Shown here piece by piece: positions 12,558-27,400 of a DNA stretch of 64,000 nucleotides (its first letter is position 1; the number at the start of each line of letters is the position of its first letter). Position numbers and translations under genes: made by a program. Under the pieces are notes generated by a model. It was not told the DNA's origin, made no database searches, and saw nothing but the letters and a program-made list of their open reading frames with translations. Source of the DNA: Daphnia carinata (lineage: Eukaryota); contig NC_081331.1 in the NCBI RefSeq assembly GCF_022539665.2, forward strand, positions 5,146,001-5,210,000, in the 5' to 3' direction.

Positions 12558-15500
12558 ATGAACTGGAAACGGCGCTTTAGTTCCGCTTGTGCTCACGAGT
12601 TTTTGAAACCACCTCCGGTGCGCATCCGCACCTGGTCGGATTCCGTTGCCGAAGTGGCTACCGCCGAAGGTAAATAAGAGTTGTCTGTTTAAAAAAAGTT
12701 CACGGTGGAGATGTATGCCAGGTAAACGGCCTCAAAAAGTCGGTTACCCACAAGAATGATTGATTATGTAATTATACAAGTTGATTTGCAAACCACTGGG
12801 TTTTGTTTTACTCTCTCTATCTCTGTCAAAAGCGCGTTCAGAAGTTCATTTCGAACTCGTTGAAAGAGAAATCCGTTCTTTCCCTATGACACGTTCGTGC
12901 GCATAATTAGTGTCGTGAGTTTAGTTTTACTCGAAACGAAAAAAAAATGTACAAGATAACGATAATATTCGTTTGCGGTAAAAATCAAGTAGACCGTCTT
13001 TAAAAATTGTGGGAAAGTGGGTGAAAACTGGACGTTTGGAGGTATTTTAAATCAATTAACAAGAGCGTCACAGCGTCAATTGGACAAACTATGTAAACGT
13101 TGCGCGTTAACGAGCCAATGATTTGAATTGGAAACATTTGCCAAACTATTCCGTATAGTTACTGCATATTCAGTGAGAGAACTGCATTCCGCTTGTCCAA
13201 CTTGATCGTTATCATAATAATTACTTTTACTATCTTTTAAAAAGAGTACCAAAACAAAGTCAAACAAGAAATCGATTTGGCTGTGAAATCAGATGAATAC
13301 GTCACGGTGGAATTTGTTTTTTACTTTCACTTTCTATCGAATCGGCCCGGCCCAGTAAGTCTACGCATATACCCTACTATCCTTTGATGATTCACTGGTG
13401 CAACTAAACGAATTCCAGGGGCCTCAAAGATTCCATTTGTATACGCCTCTTTCTACTGGTTTCCCTGGTCCCTTTTGAACATAATCAGATTTTGAATTGT
13501 CGCTATTCACCATCAAGATGGAAACAACGGCTAGTCTGTCAGCTGTGGTGGGAATAACTTAATACACGTCTTACGTAAAAAGTCGTGACGAGCTTCGCGC
13601 ATGTATTTTCCATTTTTTACGATCGCGAAGGGTCATTGGCACAGGGAAGGGCGTGCATGTCTTTTATTGGATGTCTACTGAAGCGGATTTTCCATGTTCA
13701 CTTTTTCTTTTCTCTCTTTTGCTTGCCTTTCGGTCGTGAACGAAGAAATGGCTGATCGGGACTCGGAGCTGGCCGAAGCCCATCGACGCCGCAGTTCGAA
13801 CGCCAGTATTGGGGCTGGTAGCAGGGAAAATCAGCATCACGTGACTGGTTTTTTGGCTTCCCAAACTTTGGCTCTTTTTCTCGCTGTGCCTAACATTCAG
13901 TCCAGCAGCAACACTTCCGTAAGGTAATCTTTGGGGTTTTTCTTTTTTTTTTTTTTTCCTTTCCCTCCTTCTTTTCTATTTGCCCTTGTTCCCTCTTTCA
14001 ACGTTTCGCTTCTAAAATTAGATACATACCTCTACTGTAAGTGGGGTTCTCAGAAAAAAAAAATCAATAAAAACTTAGTAGTTTTTCAAAATAGCTCTCT
14101 AAATATGAGCGTGTCACGATTGAACGAAAGAGAGTGTGAACGCAGAAACAAATGCAAGTAGGGGGAAAAAAATTTGTTTAAAGCATTGACCGAGTTGGAA
14201 GGAAGCTGTGCTATACGTTTAGCAATCTCGGTCAGTGTCGTCTTCTTCGTTATCGCGCATACCCTTTCCGAAATTGAGGCCACGAATGACAAGACAACAT
14301 TTCGATTTTTATTGGAGCACAAGAAACATTTTAAACTACCTTCTTTTTGTTTCTAAATGGGAACAGTGTCGCTCTTTTTTTCCCTCAAGATCTGTCAGAA
14401 ATGTGTTTGTCAAGTTCTTAGATTTTTGCGCCCCAACGTTCATCGCGCACACTCACTTTCTATCTGTGCAGTTGTAGGGAATTGCTGCTGCTGCGAGAGG
14501 TGATAGGAGGGGAGTCGGGGGCAAGGTCTTTTCCATCCCGTTTTTTTTTCTCTCTCTTCTAACAAACATGGGCCAGCGGCGTTGGCCAGCAGTCGACTTT
14601 GCACTTTCACCGTCGTTAGAAGCAACCAAGACGTCCTCGTATCGACGTCTTGAACGTCGTTTTTCGCCATCAGCGCGGACACGACCGACAAAATCAACTA
14701 GCAATTATTCTTTCTGTATCTTATTGTTTCGACGAAGAAAAACCCCATTCAGATCAGACGGGTTAGTAAACAAAAACATTTCGGATTTCTATTTCTTTCC
14801 GCTTCGTTTGTGCCGTTACATTCACGTCCACCATTTAACGGATAATGTCTATATGCTTTTACTGAGCGGGATTTCCGTTCAACCAAAGTCTCTTCGGTAT
14901 AATATTAAATCTAAGTATATGCCAGGGTGTGCGTGTGTGTGTGTGTCTGTCAGTGTGTGAGTGTGTAGTCTTTCAAACGTGTTCCGCCGGCCAGCACCCA
15001 TCAATGTGCTTATGCTATTATGAAAGGGCAAACAGTTGGGAGTCTGGTCATTCCAAAGTTTATTCCAATGTCCACCCGGAAATTATATACATGGAAGTTA
15101 GTCGCTTGTATGCTGCTGTTTGCATTTGTATATCTTTTCCTTAACATTTTTTTTTGTATCATTTTCTAGATTTTGCCCTCTTTTTTTCTTGTACCGTTAG
15201 CAAAAAGGAACGAGCTAGAGTGGTGGCGTGATTTTTTCGTTCTACGTGCACGTATTTATCTGATGTTCATGTTGGTCCCGTTTTTTTTTGTTTTTGTTTT
15301 TGCTCTTTCTCTCTTTTTATCGCGTTTCTTTACAAGTGTGTGTCTGCTGAAAGGCAAATCTCATTCTCTTTTGACTACCGTCGCAGGGAAATATCCGAGA
15401 TCAACAAAGTCTAAAGTTCTTTGACGGTTACTAACGCGTTCCTGCCTTATATGCGGTTTCGTAATTCATCCCGGCATGTAGACCCCGAAAGGATTTTTAA

Positions 15501-18500
15501 TCGAACTACAATGGAAAGCCTCCAACAGCAGGTTATATCATCAACTTTGATTCACGCCCGCATTCGCTCAGAATTCGATCTCGCACAGGTCGCCCATAAA
15601 AGGCGGAAACCTTGAAATAAAAATAAATAAAAATCGTGCCCAGCTTTTTTGATGACGTCTGACGGTTTAATGAGGACGACGACAGGGTTGGACTGTGTGT
15701 ATACATGTGTGTATACACAGCACCCAACAAAGTCGAGAGTAAGACGCCAAGGCGAAAGTTTTGGAAAAGGCCATGGTAAACGAATTAGGGTCGACAGTAG
15801 GCCATGGCCTTTTGTTTTAATTTAACACACATAAAAAAAAAATAGATGGACTGATTGCATTGAATTTGAAAGAGCTTTCAATAGAATGAGAAGAAAAAAA
15901 TGCTATTGTTTTTTTTACCGACAACTTGTTGTGCCTGCGCGTTTTCTATTTACGTTAGCGTGAAAAATGCAAACACATTCGATCAGTCAATAGTGGCGTT
16001 CACCCGATGTTATGAATTATGTGTGTTTGGTTCCCTTTGCCTTGTTTCCTTGGGGACGCAGTACTATACAATTCAAGCTTCAGTTAGCCCTTTCGACAAT
16101 TGTGACTGTTCACTTGACATCATCTTCATCATACGTCTGCAAATTTAGTTTAAAACGAATATTCCCCAGACTGACTCACGTTTACGTTTTGCCATATGGA
16201 ATATCACTGGCCGACAATTTATAGAGGCTATAAACGTCCTGCTTTTTTTCGTTCAAAGTCCCGAGCATTAATTAGACTACCTGAAAATGTTAGGCTTCAC
16301 TTCTTAAGGGGATGACGAATGCAAGGCGTGATGTAACAACCCATTGAAGTAAATATTTCAACACCCCCCAAAAAAAACTGTACAACGTTTAAGCACAGAT
16401 ACTGTATATACAATCTTTCGCGGAAGTATACAGACTATGGCTCATTGAGCTCTGCACGTTAAACGACATGAGTAGTCTCTCTGTGATGAATGTTACCGTG
16501 GGATGGGGAATGCAAACAAACCGCCTAAATGGAAGAAAACAACGACGCAATAGTACTAACTGGGCCCTAGAACTGAGTAACGAAGATAAGAGCAAAAACC
16601 ACAACGAGGAAGGAAAAAAGGGAGGGAGAATAAAATTGGGATCAGATACGTATCTAGATAGATTTATAACATGTACAGGAGATGAAAAAAAAAAGAAAAG
16701 AATGAGAAGTTAAGAGAGAGAGAGAGAAAGATAGGAGAAGTTGACCGATGTTCCTTAACAACGACTCGCAGCTAGGCATGTAAATGTGCATTAGAAAAAA
16801 CCACGCGAGATAATCAATCGACTTTGCTATAACAATTGTTCTACCGGAGTAGGGCTTGAAAAGAAAATGAGATTAGCGATAAGTTGACCGTTTCGTTGTT
16901 TTCAACAGGACGAACTAGTCACGAACGTGTCGCTGTCGCTTCAGTGTTTCCGTAGAGATTGTGCCAATTGCGTAGAGTTCGTCTACAGAGCTCATTATCA
17001 TTACCCACCGTAGTCGGAAAGTGACTAATTGAACTAATAGGGTCGTCGTAACGCCTCCCTTTGTAGGCTGGTTTTGCCTTTCCTTATTTTACCATTACCC
17101 GTTGTCGCCCTAGTGACTAATAGAACTAAGTGTTCTAGCAAAACCCAAATATATTTGGATTAATCCTACCTTTCTCTGGTGACTGTCGGGACATGCAGAT
17201 ATGACGACTTGAGCCAGTCGGGAACTTCGCTGCTAGAAAACGATGTCGATGACGAGAAACTTGTCGACGTCCATTGCAACAAACTAAGCCGAAGTAGTTC
17301 GCTGCGCCGTTCTAGTGATCAAAACTCGTCAGCCTCTTCAACTGTCTCTTCAAAGCCTTGGCGTCGTTTTTCTGAAAGATTCAGGTATAAAAGAGCGTTG
17401 AGTTATTAGTTTTTCTTTTGGTTTTCGTGGAATATTTTTACTGATTATCTGTCGGGACTCACGATCGAATTTTCTGCAGTGGTGCCACGTTGAGTGCTGC
17501 GATGGCGTCTGCTACGAAACTAAGGAGAAATACAGTCGTCGCAGTGTCAACCGGCAAGCTAGACCAAGTGTCTGTCGAGGGCCGTGCTGCACAGTCAGAG
17601 GATTCAATGACGATAGATGAACCACTTAATAGTCCGCTTTCTAGTAGCACTAAGGAAAACAATCAGTTGTCTTCGACTGTAGCTGACACACCGAAAAATC
17701 ACCAACTGAAAAAGTTTAGTCAGAGCACTCCAGCTTTGCCGCAACTTCATTATGATCTCCAAGATCTTGGTCGATCCAAGTCAAAACAAAAAAAGTTCCT
17801 TCGTCACTTTCCTAACGTTCCCAGAGATGAACGCGTCCTCAACCGTAAGTTTGTCACTGAACTATTTGTGGTGTTGCCAATTATTTAAAAACCATTTAAA
17901 ATTTACATTTTTTTTTAAATAAATTTTTTTTTCCAGATTATTCTTGTGCCTTGGTTGGTGACATCCTCCTTCAAGGACACTTGTATGTCACATATAACTA
18001 CTTTGCATTTCACTCTAATGTCTTTGGCTATGTCCGGAAGGTAAATTGAATCGTAATCAATAACTGTATGTTTCTTTTTAATGATACAATTTGTTTTGGT
18101 AAATCCCAACAGATACTTATTCCTATGGCTGATGTTCGCAAAATAACTAAGGAAAAAACAGCCAAATTCTTTCCAAATGCCATAGCCATAACAACTGCTA
18201 CAGAAAAGCACCTTTTCAGTTCTCTCATGTCTAGGGATGTTGCCTACAGGCTGGCATTGAGTGTTTGGAAGAAATTTCACTTTCCTAATCGCATGGGAGA
18301 CTGCATAGATGGAGAAAGGGTACAAATCCCCTAGTTTTATCTTTTGGCCTCTAAATAACAGCTATGATTGATACCAACAGGAAAATGAGGGTTCATCTTT
18401 AAATGGTGAACATTCAAGTAATGAATCCTCACAGAATTCTGTTGAAGGTCTGATAATTAGTCAGCACACTGCAAGCAGCGGTGTGCAAATCACCACAGCA

Positions 18501-19222
18501 ACGGTATAGTGATGTCTTAAACATTAACTCTGCAGCATTTTTTATGATTCATGTTCTATGACACATAGGAAGAGACCACGTCCGATCCCGATGAAAACAG
18601 TTCTGCTATAGACCACTCGTATTCTCCTACACCTGATCGTGATGATGTGAAAGATGGCAAAGTTTCTACTGGGTCTCCTCCAATTGCGAAATCGAGGAGA
18701 AGTTTCCTTGACTTTTTCTCTTCTCGTACGTCTTTTGTCAATGAAGGTGAGAGCTCTGTTGTTACCAATAGAAAGCATTGACTTAACTGAATCATCCTCT
18801 GTTGACAGACGACGAGAACAAAGACGACCCTGCAACTTCGGATGATCTCGGCGTGGTTTGCGATAACAGTTCTTCGCTCTTCAAAATTCACAATAGTCCC
18901 CTTGAATTAAGTTGGGGTTGCAGTGGTATCTGTTTTCTTCTAGTCATCCTGTGCCTGTCAGCTGGCGTTCTGTGGTATCGAATATTTCTGCTGCATTCTC
19001 ACCTTGAGCTGAGACTGTCGCCAGAAACAACTGGAGAACTCAACTCCCCTGTGTCGTCTCTCTACTCTCCTCAGGTAAGTCGAGATGTAACAATTTTCGG
19101 TATTACCTTAATACTCAACTTTTTTTTGTCAATCGCAGATGCAAGAACTAGTCGACAATTTGCACCTGCTGTTGACTTCTCGTACGACTAACGAGCAAAG
19201 GGAACGGTCTACCGTCACGTAA
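12558..19222 (+). CDS. GRAM-domain protein with a C-terminal TM helix (GRAMD2/3-like); exons ~12558-12669, 13746-13923, 17199-17384, 17480-17844, 17937-18040, 18113-18319, 18381-18503, 18569-18747, ~18809-19074, 19139-19222
   Basis: GRAM domain KKFLRHFPNVPRDERVLNHYSCALVGDILLQGHLYVTYNYFAFHSNVFG...IPMADVRKITKEKTAKFFPNAIAI...FSSLMSRDVAY. Hydrophobic GICFLLVILCLSAGVLWYRIF near the end. Exon phases are compatible; the two 5' exons are less certain. Confidence 0.85.
14927..14965. repeat. Imperfect (GT)n microsatellite in an intron
   Basis: gtgtgcgtgtgtgtgtgtgtctgtcagtgtgtgagtgtg. Confidence 0.6.
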
Positions 19223-20989
19223 AAAAAATTTGGCTTTGCAAAGGCTTACCGTGAGCTGCTTGAGTGATCGTTGCAAACAAGGCTTGTCCTTCACTTAATT
19301 TCCTTTTTCAATGGACACGGTGTATTAGCCAAGGAATCCCCACCAACACACCTCTCTGTTTCTCTCGAATAGTCTCGACATTTTTCTTTCTTCGAAAATC
19401 GCTAATTGAAAATATTCAAGTCTCGAATTGTTATTCACATCATATCTTTATGTTAGCTATTTCAAATCTTACTATTAAATTATTTCATAAGAAGAGTATA
19501 TTATTGTACATCAATGAAGGATATACCATATTTTCTTTTTATGTTCTTAGAACTCTTCGGATGATTAATGACATTAGTCACCCATTATTTACATATCCGA
19601 CATTCCGAGTGATTTCTTTTCTTTCTCTATCGTCTATAGTTCTAGTCCAGACTGTAGTCGACAGATGATAAATCGACTGTGTAAATTGTTATACGAGTAA
19701 CATCATCACCTGCCTTATAATTATGCCTCGAAAAACATGAATTTTATGTTATTAAGTTGTTTCCATGTAGCAAACTTCGTATCTAAATTTGTTAGTTTCC
19801 CCCCCGTAAGCTTAAATATCATGTTTTGGCAAACCGCAAGAAATAAAGGAAACAGGATGTGGACAACACTGACCCTTCTTATCAGATCTGACTTTGATCG
19901 GAAAACTGCGTGAAGAACCTACGGGTTTCCTGTAAAAGCAAGTGACCTGAGATAAACTATGTTTCTAGTTTTGTAGAACATTCAATGAATTTAGTCCTTA
20001 CCAAAACAGGAATCTTAGAAACGGGTTCCTGGTGGTAATAACGGGAAAGTTGCCAATCCAATTAACCGATACAAAAGCCTTGCGCAGCATTCCAGTCAGG
20101 TCTTGATGACGCAGCATGACCGCGTGATTCTTCCATGTTTAGTTATGGATCTCTCTGGAAGGAAGCACAACGTGACCTCTTATCCTTCACCGACTTTTCC
20201 ATTATCGATTTACACTTTGCAGTATTTATCGACCTGACTAATTGTCATTAGAAGGCAGAAAACCATCGGGTGAAGGATAACGTCATTCAACTACACACGG
20301 GGTCTTTCGTAACAATCAATTCTACCAATGTATACAGATAAACGGGGAACCATACGCTAGTGAGAACCTGCAGGTAACGAAAATCTGACTTAACTGCCCC
20401 AACTAACAACAATCGGCTCTGCACGACGAGCTTACACGAGTAACGAAACATAAAATCTCCGAACACCGTTAAGTGTATGTAGTAATTTAACACTTATATG
20501 CAAGGAACACATCCAAGAATACGTTGAAGTTTTGTCACATCCAAAGGAAATCACAATAGGTGTCAAATAGGACGACATTTATAATATTTTATCTTTACAG
20601 GCGTTTAAAACTGTTTGGGAAAAATAAAAAGATTTATAGCTGCTGAATACCAACTCTGATCACACTAGCGGGACGTGGAACTGCTTAGTTTTTCTGTGCG
20701 AAATGTGCTTCCTTATATGTGTGCCAGTTTGATTAATCGTATTTGAAAATAATGCAATAGAATTTTCAGACATTTAAGAAGAGAGAACCCCCCCCCCCCC
20801 AACTTGCTAAGGATATAATTAGGTCGATAACAAGCAATTTAGTTGCATGTCATTGATTAAATAAAGGTTCGTGTTAGTTGAATGTCAACTCTCCCATTCC
20901 CATTCAATGATTTCGAAAAGACGCAACCCTCTTAATCAAATAATAGGGGGAAATCCAACATTCTATAAATGCAAAATCCGACCTTTTAT

Positions 20990-23535
20990 CTAGGAAGAAC
21001 GATTACCGATCACGGAGGTCCTTTGCTGCTCCAGTTGTTCCTTGTTGGGTTTTGGAGGTGGAAGCAACTTCGGAAGAAGAAAGATGGCTGCCAAGGAGAG
21101 CAAATGAATCCAAAAGTACATGTGCCTATAACCATTGAAAAACATGAATTTGAATGAGGAATGCATGAATTTTAAATGTATAAATAAAAATGTCAATCAT
21201 TCTTACGCAAGTAGACGAATCGATGGCCAAAATTCAAGTAGAACGAAACTGAAAGTCAGATAGGCCATAACGATCCGCGTTGTAATGAAAGTTAGAGCGT
21301 CGTAAAAACGGTGGGTTGCTCGGTTTTTCAAAAAGAACGGACGAACTGAGCGTCGAACGGCCCTTGAGGCTAACGTGCAAAGCGCTCCACCAAGAAAGGT
21401 AATGTAGTAACCAGGGTAAAATCCGTGCCACATAGCAGACAAACAGTAGGTAAGGACGGTTTGGAAGCGGCTTGTGCGTTCATAAACTACGAAACGAAGC
21501 CAGCGGTTGGTGAACTTGTTCCAGTTATCAATGCTGTCTCTCAAGCTCAAACCAAACTAATAAGTAGAATAAGAAGAAATGAATAAAAAAGAACGGAAAA
21601 ATTTAGGAATTTTACCAAACATACTTCAAATTTCAAAATATCGACGTTGGATATTAAGTCCCATTTCGCTTTGCCGGATGCGGTGTAGCCATTGAAACCT
21701 AATCCAGAGGCATTGCAAATTGCGTCGGCCAAAAGCCATGCATGATAATATTTCATGCGTGCGATTGTGGTCGATACCAGAATAAAAAATGTCTTGCCAA
21801 ACAACGAAGTGTTTTCTACAAAGTCGTTATCTAAATAAACCGCCACGATGTAATTTAAAAGGAGAGCAAACCAAGTTAAAAATAGAGAGTATCAAAGGAG
21901 CAGAAAGCTCACCTTTGACCCGGGTTACGAGGAACATGGGTGTAAGCTTAACGAAAAGACCAGCACATAAGAGGCTAAAAAAGAGCTTCTGAAAAACGAT
22001 CGTCACGGCTGAAGGTTCCGGAGCGGCAATTACACAGTTAGATTCATCTTCAAGAGTTTCAGTTCCTGTCTCTTTTGATGGCTTCTAAATTGTCGATAAT
22101 TTAATTGAAGATTTTGTCTTGTAAAAAAAAAAAAACAACGCACTTTTACCTCTTCGATAGATCTCTTTGAAAAATGTTTCCCGTTTATAAAATCTGTATA
22201 GTCCGCAAAAAGAACTGTCGGTCCAACCATAACCGCATGAAAATGGAAAACATAGCTGTAATATTCAAGCGGATTTGGGACCTTGCGAATGAGCTGCTGC
22301 TTTTGAAAAGGGGTCAAGTCCTCGGGTTTACGAGCAAGTCCATCGTGTAACGAAAATGCGAGACTGGTCACCTTCTGAGTCAGGACCATTAGAGGACCTA
22401 ACGAATTTGTAAAAAGTTTAAGTAACTTTAGAGACATACGCAAGGGTGAACAAATTTCCAAATTTCATTGTAAAGAGTTCTAACGAATGAAAATTACGGC
22501 AAAAAAATTAGAAAAACACAGTTTAAAAAAAAAAGGATTACTTGGTGTGGTTGCTATAGGGTTTAACGCTTAAGTAGCATTAAAAAATGTTGGAATTCGA
22601 TACAAGCAAACTGCGAAATTCAAACAAAATTTACCTGATATGTCGAGCGTGTACGAATTATAGCTATAATACTGCCGTTTGATATGGACAAGTGATAAGT
22701 AAAGCATCGAAGTGATAAGAACCAACCTAAAAAGGTTTAAAGAAATAGCAAAATTGAATTATGGAAAACAACACAGAAATTGAGTATGAGCCCAAATCAT
22801 ATATACTCTAAAAATGCATTTTCTAAAATGCACAAATCATCGGTGACGTTGCTATTTCCTTCAAACTATTTGGGCTCAGCAGAAGTTCGATGAAAGTTGA
22901 CAACAGAAATAAAGCTTTTAAGGAATTTCAAGCTTTCCTTACAAAAAGACCTTAAATTGCTATGGCAACTAAAAAAGAAGTTGCATGTGACTGTTATAAG
23001 TGTAAGAAACAATTGCTAAAACTAACTGCATTACAATGAAACATTATAGACAAAACAACATTGAATCTGTAACAGAATATTTAAAGCACTGCCTACCTTT
23101 GTGAGATTTTGGGACTAGCAGTCATCAGGATGGCATATGAAATGCTTGAGAGGCAAGCAAGATGTAATGCCTGCCTGAATGGTGTAATTAAAAATAGTAA
23201 AGTTTTTTTGGTCTGGTTAAATCTATATTTATGTATACCTTCCAAAGCAAAAGACAACCATGATCAATCCCAAAAGCAATGCAGCTCCATGACGTGTTTC
23301 TGGTGCAACTCTGGAATTATGAAGGTAGTAACGAAAGGCAAAAGCTGCACCAACTGCTGAGAATTGACTCAGCAAGAAGTTGATCTGAATAAAAATTTGA
23401 CTGCATTAACACAATCCTTCTATAAAAGAATCAAAGAATGCAACATACCTGGTCCACAGAAAGACCAAGAGGCTCAGACAGCCAGGAAAAGACCCGACTA
23501 CCATCATAGTATCCACTTTCATCAACTCTATTCAT
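20990..23535 (-). CDS. Membrane-bound O-acyltransferase, lysophospholipid acyltransferase of the MBOAT1/2 (oysgedart) type, multi-exon
   Basis: N-terminus YDGSRVFSWLSEPLGLSVDQ; GPLMVLTQKVTSLAFSLHDG; KYYHAWLLADAICNASGLGFNG; DNWNKFTNRWLRFVVYER; catalytic-His motif LSAMWHGFYPGYY. Confidence 0.92.
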
Positions 23536-24425
23536 GCTTGGGATCCCCATTCTGAAGAATACTGCTGATCACGATCTTCTTCGTTTGTATAGAAATGCAC
23601 AAAAATTATGGGATATCAAACTTCGGTCAACAGGTAACGATAAGGGCGTGTCAAGTGATAATAACAAACATATCAAGGGAAGAGATCAACGTTTTTATGT
23701 GGTTACACACATTAGCAAGTAACTAAAGCAACTAACTAAAAGAATTTAGTGGTATATTAAAGGCGCTACCAGAATTTTATCTCGGTATTTTCTTATTCAA
23801 CTTCTGACACACTTGCACAAGCTCTTTCCAACACGAGCCTCAAATAAAGGTTGAATGCATACTACAGCCTGGATCGTCTCCGCACGAGAGCGCATCAACA
23901 TCGCTTTCCCTACCTTTCCCCTTGTCACCGGTCTATTTTGAACTTTCTCAAAAACAAACGCCATCTATGAGAAATAAAATTAAACAAAAAACAGCGCGTA
24001 TATTTTCCATTCTCTACATCATTAAACCAAGAGAACGGTGTAGATGCAACTCATTCGAAAATTGGTGTAACCAGTAGCTTAATAAACTTTTTTAAACAAT
24101 ATTTAAAGCGAAGGAACATGAATAAGTACTGTAGTATATCATAATGAGTATTTCAATTGTTATTTTTCTTTTCTCCTTTGCTCACGCAAAAATAAGCAAG
24201 AAATTTACTGTCATCGAAAAAGACACGGCATACACGGAATACTATGATAATTAAACGTGAACTGATTTCTAACTTACTGGTTTTAGCTAGATAGCAATGA
24301 AGGAAAACTGGAATGTTCAGCCTTCTTGTGACAATAAAACTGAAAGTTGTAAGATGAGCGATGACTACATGTAACTACCGTTGCAGGTTTTGATCGTTTT
24401 ATAATAAAATGAGAAAAACAAACGT

Positions 24426-27400
24426 TTAGTACCGTTGGGGATCTCTAACACAATCCTGAATCAGTCGATCAACTGACGACGGAGGGGAACAAATTTGCAA
24501 AAATATGAAATCGAGTAATGTCAACGCAAGGTCGCAATTCAGTAGGGGGTCCGCCAAACATGAAATTGTAGTTTTTAAAACGTCAGTGCAAAGATCCTCT
24601 CCCACTATTTTGATAAACAATCCTAAGAACATATGCAATGCGTTACGAAAAAGAGTACTTGTGTGACTGACAAAAGTAAATTACTTGGTATTTGTTTACT
24701 CAATAGAAGAACAACCTCTTTGACCAGCTCATTGACGTCCTTGTCCTCTGTCAATGTGACATCCAAATCATTTACGTCAAGCTTGTGCCGCAACGAACGC
24801 AGACTATCAGCCAGAAGTTTGGGGTTTGAAAACTGGAGCAAAGATTCCTGGGAGAAAAGCATATATCATGATAACAAAAAGATAAATTAATAAAAACGTG
24901 GTTTCGAAAGAACAGACCTCAATGCAATTCTCAACTTGCTTTCCAACGACGATCTTGAGTGCCAGTGGGACTGGAGCTTTTGTTAACCACGTCTCTCGCA
25001 AGTCCAAGCATTCGATAAGTAAATTTATGAGGCTGCTGGACAGCGGTAGCTGTACATCAAATCGATCCCATCCGTCTAAGAAATTAGCAAGGTTAATACA
25101 AACGAAAACCTAACGTTGAATGTTTTTCACCTTTGATTGTTTCGCAAGTTGTGTTCATAGCTTTTACTTGTGGCGCTGTCGTAGCATCTGGAACTGCAGA
25201 GTCATGGCTAACATGAATGCTTAGTTCACTGCGCCACAGATGTGACTCGAAAGCTTCGTATGCAGATTCGATTCGGCAGTCCATATGATTCCAATTGTTC
25301 AAAAGCATCTCGAGCTTGCTCTCATCGCTAGCATAGGTAACCCGACATGGTACAAGAACTGTCCGGCCATCTATTTCGTCGACTGAGGATACCGAATGAC
25401 ACGATTTATTTTCTCGGTCGAGGGGTTCGAGTGGCGCCGTTGGAGGTGATGTTGGTAGAGGTAAAGGTAACAGTTGCATTCGTCGATTTTGGTCATTATC
25501 AAAGAGAGGGATGGGAAGAGGCAAAGCAGTTTTAATGCTTTGAAGTACATCTGATACTGTTTTGGCAAAAAAACTGAAAGAAAAGAAGTAAAAATACCGA
25601 ATTTCATTTAGGCTATTTTGTCTTCCTTACGGAACACGTTGAAGTGTAGCACTGGAAGGAGTGACGTTGATTTCGTTTAAATGTAATTCATAGTCCAAAA
25701 AGTTGCGCAGTTCGCGCGACATGCCAATTGCCGGTGAGGTACATAACTGTTGCATGAAACGCTCGAGGAATATTTGTCGATGAGCAACCGTGTTCTGATC
25801 TAGTCGGCTAAAGGTAAAATGTCAACATAAACAAGCAATGAAATATTTAAGTGTTGTTACCTAAAGGGCAAGTTTAACCACTTGCTAGGTCCTCGGATCG
25901 AACGAATGGCTTTAGAAACCGACGGATCTTCCGATGCCTCCAATTGGGCATGCAACTGCATGAATTGTCGAAATCTTCGCCGAACAGTACGACATTTGAG
26001 TACAACTCGAGCATTTTTCTCATCCCCGTTGCCGCTTAAGCTTGCGCTGACAGCGGTGTAAATGCCATCATAAACGATGCAGTAGAATGAATGCTGGCCT
26101 TCTCCTGGAAGCGTACAGACCTCTGTCTTTGGAATTTTCACATTGAAAAAAATTTGGCTATCTTTGGGTAGTTCATACGCTTCGGTGAGCTCTTCGAAAT
26201 TGCTATCAGTTTCTGTCCCTGAACTGAAGACCAACACAGAAAACAAAACCTGAAGTGAAATGCAAAATGCACGAATAGGAAACAAAAGTGAGTGAACACA
26301 CCTGGCGTCGTTGGTGGGACTGAAGATGTTACTCTTGCCACTTGGGACATCAGCACCATTGGTAGATACTCGTTGTTCCAGTAAAGAGCGTAATTTGGCT
26401 ATCGCCGTTGCAAAATCTTCAACATCCTAAAACCAAAAATTAAATAAAAAACGAAAACGCAATTAAGCAATATGTAAAACAACTTGCGTTTCATGAAAAA
26501 ATTACTTCGTAGACCGGGGAGACGTCAGCATCGACAGAAAATGTGCCTATTGGTTCTGGATCCAGGCCACTAGTATTATCTCCTGCAATGCCAATCAATG
26601 GCAAGCTGTTGGGTTTACACATTTTGACAGGTTCTTTTTCACCATCGACGTTCAATTTGGAGCATTGCGAAGAGAGAAGAGGTGCTGTGGCTGTGGAGAT
26701 GGAGTTAGACAAACCCGATTTGATCCACGAAGATGAGTTGGTAGTGGGCTGAGAGGATAATGCTAAGCTGTTGCACAAAAGGTAACTACCAGATAACACA
26801 GGACTGGATTTTCTGGGTGTTGGGAACGTCGTTTCCGCATTTTCAATGAGTTCTTTCTGTTGTTCTTTTTCTTGCATTTTAGGGCTAGATCCTGACAATG
26901 GATCTTGTATACCAACACTTGACTCTTGGATGTCGGGTGTATTTCGTAATGTGTCTTCGGCTATCCCGAAAGAGTTCTCTTGAATGAAATCTTCTCTTGT
27001 ACTGTTATCTACTGATTCTAAAATTTGAATGATTGCTTGCAGGACTAGAACAGGTTGGCTGAGTTGTTCTATAAACTTAACTAAAACTTGGCTGCAAAAG
27101 GCAGCACAACTGAGGTCAAAGACAGCTGAGCAGTCTTGAATAGAGCCTGGAATAAATTCTTTCATAACAACATGTGAGAGACTACCTAAGTACTTTTCCA
27201 ATGATATTTCACCCCTTGAAACAGGGTGGTTGAAGGAAAATTTGGAATGGTATCCTGATAGGCTATTAGAGCAGTTCATTGTTTTTTTGTAGCTCCTGAG
27301 GTGGTTGTGCACAATCATTATCAGGTTCTTCGCAAAATGTTCCACTTTGATTTTCGAAAGCTTTTCAGAAAGAGAGAAGAAAATATCTTCAATTTGACTG

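Noticed and set aside
20107..20116. Antioxidant-response-element-like TGACGCAGCA
   Set aside because: Isolated site between two convergent 3' ends; no target can be assigned.
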